DNA of 64,000 bases, from positions 1 through 64,000 of the IMG/VR virus record IMGVR_UViG_3300033571_009404. One strand, 5' to 3'. Both the position numbers and the translations under genes were made by a program. The notes below the pieces were generated by a model. The model saw only the letters and a program-made list of their open reading frames with translations. It did not search any database and was not told the origin of the DNA. Below, in pieces: positions 57,781 through 64,000 of this stretch. Numbering within the stretch: the stretch's first letter is position 1; each line of letters begins with the position of its first letter.

Positions 57781-58380
57781 ATGAAGCAAAGGAAACATAA
57801 ACGCCGTCTGTATGGTCGTATTCAATCTGACGCTATTGACTACTACAAGAATTACGACTGGGAAGCTTTCAAGAAAGTTGTAATGGATCGTAGTAAACAT
57901 ACCAAGCTTAGCTGGATAATCTTGGATGCGGAGTTTGCCGATAGTCAGCCGGAACACAAGAAGTGGCAGAGTCTAGCCGCTGAGTCTCTTAAGATTCATC
58001 GCAGGCAGATGTTCCGTAAACGCCGTCCTCGATTGAATATGGCATATGGCGGTCAATTCTCCATGACATCGATTCCCAATCCATTCCCTGATCCTCGTAG
58101 TCGTAGTAATCGTGATCTCGTGACGGTTGGTGAGATCACAGACTTCGATCCTAAGCCATTCATCGTCAAGGAACGTCATTTCATGCGGCGAGTAGCACCT
58201 GCTGCGTTAAAAGGAGAGCATAGCCATCCTGATGTGACTGAAGTCAAGATCGGCAATGGTGACAGGGAGTTCTATGCTGTTGATCCCGGCTCAGATAAAT
58301 GCATAGGTATGCGTGGGTTTATCGATGAGAATGGTCATTTACACCAGACCTCGTTCAATCTAGTCAATCCTGGGAAATAA
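57781..58380 (+). CDS. Basic hypothetical protein
   Basis: AAGGA SD; MKQRKHKRR. Confidence 0.7.
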   Translation: MKQRKHKRRLYGRIQSDAIDYYKNYDWEAFKKVVMDRSKHTKLSWIILDAEFADSQPEHKKWQSLAAESLKIHRRQMFRKRRPRLNMAYGGQFSMTSIPNPFPDPRSRSNRDLVTVGEITDFDPKPFIVKERHFMRRVAPAALKGEHSHPDVTEVKIGNGDREFYAVDPGSDKCIGMRGFIDENGHLHQTSFNLVNPGK

Positions 58381-58383
58381 ATT

Positions 58384-59145
58384 ATGGATGACGATAATGT
58401 CATGAAGCGTCTGACTAATGCATTACAGTCAGAAGAGATGCAAAAGAAGTTGAGGGAGATGCAATTGCGTTTTATGCCTACTTCCGAGATGACTCCAGAA
58501 GATGTAGAGAAAGCATTAAGACGTCGATTCAATGAATTGATCGGTACTGAACAAGGTTCGAGAATCGAGCTTGTTGCGGTTCATCCGGACTCCATTCGTG
58601 AGATGACGGTATCTATGGTTATGCCCCCTGAGGTTAAAGACTTGCTGTTTACCAAAATGGGCAATCTCCCTGCGGCCATTATGCCTCCGATCAAGATCCC
58701 TATGGTCAAACCTGAGAACTTCTCTCGTTCCGTCGAAGGGATTGAGCCTGATGAGATCTCTGGCTGGATCAGTAATGAGAACAACGGTGATGATGACTAT
58801 GTGGTCTTCGTTCGGCAGAAAGATTCCAAAGACTACTGGGATGATAAACCGCTAGCGGATCTCATGCGGGAGAAGTACTCAAATAAGTTAGTCACTATCC
58901 ATTACTGGACCTGTGACCGTGAGTTACCTCCTGAAGTCTTGAAGACAGCTGCCTTAGAACATATCTTCGGTATCACTGAAGCTGACTATCAAACGCACTA
59001 TTCGGATACGACCGGTTATCTCTGGTTGGATCAGGATATCAAGATTGGTGGTCACGATCTGTTAGAAGAACTACGTTCTCATGCAGGCAAGTATCTTTAC
59101 ATGGAGATCTTTGTACATGAACACCCGCCAATTAAAGCGGTATAA
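58384..59145 (+). CDS. Hypothetical protein
   Basis: YSDTTGYLW...IGGHDLLEEL module. Confidence 0.8.
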   Translation: MDDDNVMKRLTNALQSEEMQKKLREMQLRFMPTSEMTPEDVEKALRRRFNELIGTEQGSRIELVAVHPDSIREMTVSMVMPPEVKDLLFTKMGNLPAAIMPPIKIPMVKPENFSRSVEGIEPDEISGWISNENNGDDDYVVFVRQKDSKDYWDDKPLADLMREKYSNKLVTIHYWTCDRELPPEVLKTAALEHIFGITEADYQTHYSDTTGYLWLDQDIKIGGHDLLEELRSHAGKYLYMEIFVHEHPPIKAV

Positions 59146-59333
59146 AAACAATCAATCTCTTGTGCGCCTTAAGTTCTTGGTGCATGGAGAAATCCAAGCT
59201 TTGATGAAACGGTTCCCTTACCGTCGCATTGAAGACCTGATAGCTTATCACATGGTTCGTAGTGATCAAGTCATTGTGACCAAGATGATGAGCACTTATT
59301 TGAAACAACTACCGGTACCTAGGAGAATCAGAA

Positions 59334-59516
59334 ATGGCTAAAGAACAACAACCTCATCGTGTCCTGAACGGCATCTTCAGCAAGGTCATCGATCAGAGCG
59401 TTAAAGACAAGGGCGTCAGTCCCGGCCTAGCCAAGAAACAGCTGGTGGAGTCGTTCCCTCAGGCTAAGCCCAAGCACAAGCCGAAATCCAAGAAACCGCA
59501 GCAACAGGTGCGTTAA
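59334..59516 (+). CDS. Small basic protein
   Basis: AGGAG SD. Confidence 0.65.
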   Translation: MAKEQQPHRVLNGIFSKVIDQSVKDKGVSPGLAKKQLVESFPQAKPKHKPKSKKPQQQVR

Positions 59517-59923
59517 TGGATTTCATTAATCCAGCCACGATGCGAGTAGGTGACTTATACTTCATCGTGGCATTGCAATTTAGTAACGATCAATCCTTAG
59601 CTAGCATTGTCCGACTTGGGGTCATAGTGACTTCCAAGCAGGACAGTGCTGATCGAATACAAGTAAAGGTCGTCTTCCGTGCTAAAGGTAATGTTAAAGA
59701 GCACCCAGCATTCGAATATGAATATCTCATCGATGTTAGTAAAAAGGCTAAGATGATTGGGATGGATGAGGTTGCTGTGTTTAACACGGGAGCTAAGGCA
59801 GCGTCGTTTAATCGACATGTTTCTGATGTCATGTGGGCATTTAACGTTGAATCGCTACCAAGGTCGGAAGCGATTCGATTGTTGAAAGTTCCTTTCTTCA
59901 GAAACTTCAATAGTGGGGTATAA
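59516..59923 (+). CDS. Hypothetical protein
   Basis: TAATG overlap. Confidence 0.7.
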   Translation: MDFINPATMRVGDLYFIVALQFSNDQSLASIVRLGVIVTSKQDSADRIQVKVVFRAKGNVKEHPAFEYEYLIDVSKKAKMIGMDEVAVFNTGAKAASFNRHVSDVMWAFNVESLPRSEAIRLLKVPFFRNFNSGV

Positions 59924-60817
59924 ATGGCATCAATTGTCAATTACGAACAAGACCATAATTCATTCATGGCAGAGACTGTTGCGATGTTTGCCCATGAAGC
60001 AACTGGTCAACGTCGTGTTGTCTTTTCAGATGGTCAACGTGAAGAGGGTGATGAACCCTATTACAATCACCCGCTGCGTGTAGCTGGTGGTGTGCGTAAC
60101 TTCTTTAATACGGATGCCTGGAAGCGCATGAGCTTTGTCAACCATGACAAAGACAAACTTCGCTGGGCTGCTATTAATGCGGCCTATCTTCACGACGTTA
60201 TCGAAGACACCAAGATTAAGCGTGAGTATATCGAAGAGTATTTCGGTCTTACCACGATGACCATCGTCATGGGTTGTACTTCGGTGCTGTCAGATCGTAA
60301 GGATCTTCCCCGTGCAGTCAAGAAGGCAGTTAATCGTTGTCGTTTATTTAATGCCAGTCATGCACACGCATACGCACCCTTCATTTACCTGATCAAGACG
60401 GAAGACCATAGCGACAACTGGTTTAACAATAACCGGGATGACCTGAATAATCGCAGTCGTACTCTGACTGAGATCATCATCAATGTAGCGACTTACATCT
60501 GCGCATTACAACGTGGTCCTAACGACAGCGTGTTCCTGCAGGCATATCTGAACGGTGTCATCGATGGGATTATGTCAGACGCCGCTCAACTGGGTATTCA
60601 TCCTACCAGTGTGGCGACGCATTATGTCTCTATGATGGATCTCTGGGCTAAGGCTGGTAAAGACGACAACTTTACCTACAACCTGAAGTCACTCCCACAC
60701 GACTGGGCAAAGAGTATGGCTGACTACATGCCTGTAGTTGATCTTATTAAAGATAACTTAGAGCATCTGTTCTCGCGCTATGTTCGGATCTTCAATCACA
60801 AAAACGAAGCAGGATAA
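59924..60817 (+). CDS. RelA/SpoT-type HD-domain hydrolase (small alarmone hydrolase/Mesh1-like)
   Basis: AH...GQRR, EPYYNHPLRVA, AAYLHDVIEDT, IK..D..DN. Confidence 0.8.
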   Translation: MASIVNYEQDHNSFMAETVAMFAHEATGQRRVVFSDGQREEGDEPYYNHPLRVAGGVRNFFNTDAWKRMSFVNHDKDKLRWAAINAAYLHDVIEDTKIKREYIEEYFGLTTMTIVMGCTSVLSDRKDLPRAVKKAVNRCRLFNASHAHAYAPFIYLIKTEDHSDNWFNNNRDDLNNRSRTLTEIIINVATYICALQRGPNDSVFLQAYLNGVIDGIMSDAAQLGIHPTSVATHYVSMMDLWAKAGKDDNFTYNLKSLPHDWAKSMADYMPVVDLIKDNLEHLFSRYVRIFNHKNEAG

Positions 60818-60822
60818 CGCTC

Positions 60823-60862
60823 ATTTCTCGTAAATGTTGGGATTACCACCTTTACGAGAAAT
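60823..60862. terminator. Intergenic inverted repeat
   Basis: ATTTCTCGTAAA...TTTACGAGAAAT, 12-bp perfect stem. Confidence 0.5.
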
Positions 60863-60891
60863 ACTATCGTAATTCAAAGACGGAATTCTAA

Positions 60892-61722
60892 ATGGACTAT
60901 TCGGAGGGAAGGATGGACGAACATCAGTTCGAAAGTTCCAAGATGACAGATGAGATGTTTAACCAGAATTGGGAAAACACGATCCGGCATTTGGAAGCGA
61001 AGAATCAAGAAGCAATGAAGAAAGAATGGGAATGGGCAGAAAGTCCCTATGCCAATCTCCTTCTGCTGTTGAATCTCGGTAGTCACACGCCACATCAACT
61101 GTTTGCGTTGTTCTTGGATAAGTTGAATATCCCACTGGACATGCGTGCAGTCATCGAGTCGTTCCCAACGCTTTACAATTCGATACTGCGTCGTGTTGAG
61201 TACATGATCCGTCGCTCGTTGCCTAGCCCAGGTAAAACAAGACCGGGTGATGTAGATGAGGCGTTCGGTATGGCTTCGGTTTCACTCCATACATCGGGAC
61301 GTCAGACTGGTAAGAGCTTGATGAACCTTCATGTTCAGTCCAGTGCAGAAGCCATTCTTGCATTCATATTCAAGGGAGCGAATATGGATGTCACTGAGAT
61401 GGTCAAGATACGTGACATCTTTTACAGTAAATACCCGGATCCCATAAGGGAAGGTCGTCATGGTCATGTGGTGATCGATGAAGCCATCATCACCGATCCA
61501 CCAAACCGGATGTTCAAAACCAGAAATTCTTCTATATCAGGTGCGCACTATGCTCCTGTATTAAGTACATCTGTCCGTCCTGATGATCTATCGCCTAAAT
61601 TTGTCAGGCACCGTGTAGAAGAACCAGAACAAACTGATTGCGATGACTACGGGTCGCCGGATCACAACGGCAACCACGCAGCACCATCTGATTTACTCAT
61701 GAGGCTCATGGGTCGCATCTAA
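60892..61722 (+). CDS. Hypothetical protein with terminase-like Walker A/B motifs
   Basis: SGRQTGKS and HVVIDEA. Confidence 0.6.
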   Translation: MDYSEGRMDEHQFESSKMTDEMFNQNWENTIRHLEAKNQEAMKKEWEWAESPYANLLLLLNLGSHTPHQLFALFLDKLNIPLDMRAVIESFPTLYNSILRRVEYMIRRSLPSPGKTRPGDVDEAFGMASVSLHTSGRQTGKSLMNLHVQSSAEAILAFIFKGANMDVTEMVKIRDIFYSKYPDPIREGRHGHVVIDEAIITDPPNRMFKTRNSSISGAHYAPVLSTSVRPDDLSPKFVRHRVEEPEQTDCDDYGSPDHNGNHAAPSDLLMRLMGRI

Positions 61723-61734
61723 GAAAGGAAAACA

Positions 61735-62211
61735 ATGTGTCAACATGATGGCACCAGACGTACTCCGATTATCTGTCCCGTTAAGGATCAGGGTCGGATT
61801 AAGTATTGGACTGGGGTTCAGGAAATGTACACCACTCTCACAGAGAACCTGAACCCTACAGAAGACGCTAACTTGATTCAGTACATCAAGTGTCAGCTGG
61901 ACGAGGTTGAGAGAGTGTTAGAGAACCCTCTGAACCCTTACAGTGTACTGAAGTTCATCTCGACGTGCACGCATCAATATCATCGTGGATTGGTCGTCCA
62001 TGACATTTATGCGATACATTGCAACGATGGTGATGACGCTATTAACATTCCGCGCTATTTCCAGAACTCAAGTAATCCAGATGAAGTAAAGAGCGTTTAC
62101 TGGAGGGCGGAGTTTAAAGTCCGTGAAGTCTTCGTCCCGCATCTGAAGATGTATAAGGTCAATACATTCGAATTTGTGGGTATTTCTGTTCGTAAAGGAA
62201 AGTCAACATGA
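61735..62211 (+). CDS. Hypothetical protein
   Basis: AAGGA SD. Confidence 0.7.
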   Translation: MCQHDGTRRTPIICPVKDQGRIKYWTGVQEMYTTLTENLNPTEDANLIQYIKCQLDEVERVLENPLNPYSVLKFISTCTHQYHRGLVVHDIYAIHCNDGDDAINIPRYFQNSSNPDEVKSVYWRAEFKVREVFVPHLKMYKVNTFEFVGISVRKGKST

Positions 62212-62813
62212 AAAGCATGACAAAGAAGCAGTTTGAAATCATCGATGCTGTGGTCAAGCAGCGTTTCATCAGCGTGTTGTTCGAGCTATATGAAATCAAA
62301 CAAGGTCTGAGTAAGTTCAAACAGGATGCGGTCTTTGGTGAGTTTCCTGGTTACAACACCAATGGGATGAACGCCTACGTTCACGATGGTTATGTGAACG
62401 TAATCGATGGGTCTTTAGTCATCACGGATAAAGGCGAACAGCTTTTGGCGGACTATATTGGCGCCCATACCGTCATGGATGCCCATACCCGCTATCAGTT
62501 CCTGAAAGAAGATATTCCTCGTAATGTCCGTGTTTACATCGCTCAATCCGTTTTCGGACTTTACACCTTCGGTATGGCGACGACTGACTTCGATAAATGC
62601 GATGAAGACTGCGCGATGAATAATTCGCGTGTTCCTTATAGTTGGGATCAGATCGATCGCATGACGTTTATCAAACTTATTAAATATTTCTCTGAGGATG
62701 TGACGAGTACATTCCCGTTGGTCGATGACGGTCAAGGGTACTACTTCAGTGATCTGGGTGAAAAGGATCTGACGCTGCAAGATGAAGCAGAAGATGCTGA
62801 AAAGGAGAAATGA
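62208..62813 (+). CDS. Winged-helix-like protein (family with 63160, 63771)
   Basis: GYV...DGSLVITDKGEQLLADYIG. Confidence 0.7.
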   Translation: MKSMTKKQFEIIDAVVKQRFISVLFELYEIKQGLSKFKQDAVFGEFPGYNTNGMNAYVHDGYVNVIDGSLVITDKGEQLLADYIGAHTVMDAHTRYQFLKEDIPRNVRVYIAQSVFGLYTFGMATTDFDKCDEDCAMNNSRVPYSWDQIDRMTFIKLIKYFSEDVTSTFPLVDDGQGYYFSDLGEKDLTLQDEAEDAEKEK

Positions 62814-63163
62814 TGAGTAGTGTAGAAACCATGGAAGTCATCCTCAAGGCTTTGGAAGAAGCTCGTGACAAAGGCGAACTGAACTATGTAATCGTCGACG
62901 GCGCTTTGGATAGTAAGCGTATCAAGCTGATTCCCAAAGGTCCGTCTATCCATAGTCGCAATGTTCTTATCGTTCAGAAGAACCACAGCGAGCGTGATCT
63001 GGTGTTTAACGATTTGGGTCCTGGTGGTGGATTGCCTCACTATCGCTACTACTTCAAAACAGCAGATCTCATTCCAGGTAAAGAGAATTGCAATGTCGAG
63101 AACATCGGGCGTGACGTTGTTGCTTATCTGATGGATGGCACTCTCCCGGAAGGAACAGCATGA
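62810..63163 (+). CDS. Hypothetical protein
   Basis: AAGGAG SD; ATGA overlap. Confidence 0.75.
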   Translation: MMSSVETMEVILKALEEARDKGELNYVIVDGALDSKRIKLIPKGPSIHSRNVLIVQKNHSERDLVFNDLGPGGGLPHYRYYFKTADLIPGKENCNVENIGRDVVAYLMDGTLPEGTA

Positions 63164-63774
63164 CCAAACTGTGTATCGATATCCCTCGATACGCTGAGAT
63201 CGACAGAGCAGTCAGGCATGGCACCCTGATTGCTGTGTTTAACGCACAGACCACTTCTGTGAAGATCCACAGCGAACTCGATACCCCAGCCAACCGTGAA
63301 GCTGTAGCTAGAGGTTATCTGCTATATGACGTCCTCTTTGGTCAGTACCAGATCACTGAGAACGGCAAAGATCTCCTAAAGCAGTATGCAGGACGGGATC
63401 ACATTGGCTCAACGATTGCTTACATCAAGCGTCTCCAACGTACTGAGATCCATCCCAGGTGCCGTTATTGGCTGGGTGTGGTGTACTTTGCCAACTATCC
63501 AGATAAGTATCGTTATACCAATGCAGAACTGGCCAAGTTGAACCGTATGCCTGATGAGCTGGGAAAGTATCTGGACATCATCGGGGTACCACGCTACTTG
63601 ATTGATCTGACACGTAAAGACATCAACTTCTTACGGTCGTATCAGTTCGAGGAGTTTGACAACAAGTTCTGGCATAGTTATCAACAGAGTGATCTGGGTC
63701 GCTTTGACCGACACATGGTCATGGACTACGTCGCTGGATGCAATGAAGCCAACAGGAAAGGAACCACACTGTGA
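63160..63774 (+). CDS. Winged-helix-like protein (family with 62208, 63771)
   Basis: IDRAV...RGYL...QITENGKDLLKQYAG. Confidence 0.7.
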   Translation: MTKLCIDIPRYAEIDRAVRHGTLIAVFNAQTTSVKIHSELDTPANREAVARGYLLYDVLFGQYQITENGKDLLKQYAGRDHIGSTIAYIKRLQRTEIHPRCRYWLGVVYFANYPDKYRYTNAELAKLNRMPDELGKYLDIIGVPRYLIDLTRKDINFLRSYQFEEFDNKFWHSYQQSDLGRFDRHMVMDYVAGCNEANRKGTTL

Positions 63775-64000
63775 ACTTAATGGAATATCTCCAGGTAGAC
63801 CGTGCTGTTAAAACCAAGCAACTGTATCTGACTTACGATGTGGTCTATCGTAATGGCGCAATCAATGAAGCAGCGCGCCTTGAAGGATCTGATGCTTGGG
63901 TTGATGAAGCACTGGTACGTCAGTTCATGCGGGTTGAACGTGACGGTAGCTTGGCGATCTGTAATCAAGGCATTAAGCTACTCTTGAATTACACTGGGAC
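63771..64000 (+). CDS. 3'-truncated third member of the 62208/63160 family
   Basis: GTG after AAGGA; VDRAVK...DGSLAICNQGIKLLLNYTG, open to window end. Confidence 0.65.
   Translation, partial: MNLMEYLQVDRAVKTKQLYLTYDVVYRNGAINEAARLEGSDAWVDEALVRQFMRVERDGSLAICNQGIKLLLNYTG

Noticed and set aside
58270-58300. YAVDPGSD as an RNase H/RuvC-like nuclease motif in ORF 57781
   Set aside because: It lies ~30 aa from the C-terminus, leaving no room for the rest of the fold

Overview
This 64-kb window looks like the accessory/early-gene region of a large lytic dsDNA phage. My inference is a phiKZ-like jumbo phage (Chimalliviridae-type), based on S80 head-protease homologs, a phiKZ-like early promoter motif and the gene organisation. 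About 114 tightly packed genes lie on the + strand, mostly with AAGGA(G) ribosome-binding sites; the long minus-strand ORFs are antisense shadows. Recognisable products: a NADAR-domain protein, thymidylate kinase, a PRPP-synthetase-like + Nampt-like pair (NARP1-type NAD+ reconstitution), a HAD phosphatase, ThyA, NAD-dependent DNA ligase, three GNAT acetyltransferases, an SPFH protein, a DRB0094-type RNA ligase, two degenerate S80-like protease paralogs, DUF4406, DUF3307, a 2OG-Fe(II) oxygenase, a Lar-like protein, a cyclophilin and a RelA/SpoT-type HD hydrolase. Non-coding structure: six copies of a promoter-like motif, and a family of intergenic hairpins tagged by GDCATAA/TTATGHC in either orientation. 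There is also a ~210-nt ORF-free, multi-stem candidate ncRNA at 19004-19210 and an H-type pseudoknot just upstream of a ribosome-binding site. The best candidates for something undescribed are that structured RNA, a dispersed family of proteins built from IF2-N-terminal-like repeats, the tagged hairpin elements and the catalytically eroded protease pair. All family assignments were made by eye from motifs; no searches were run.
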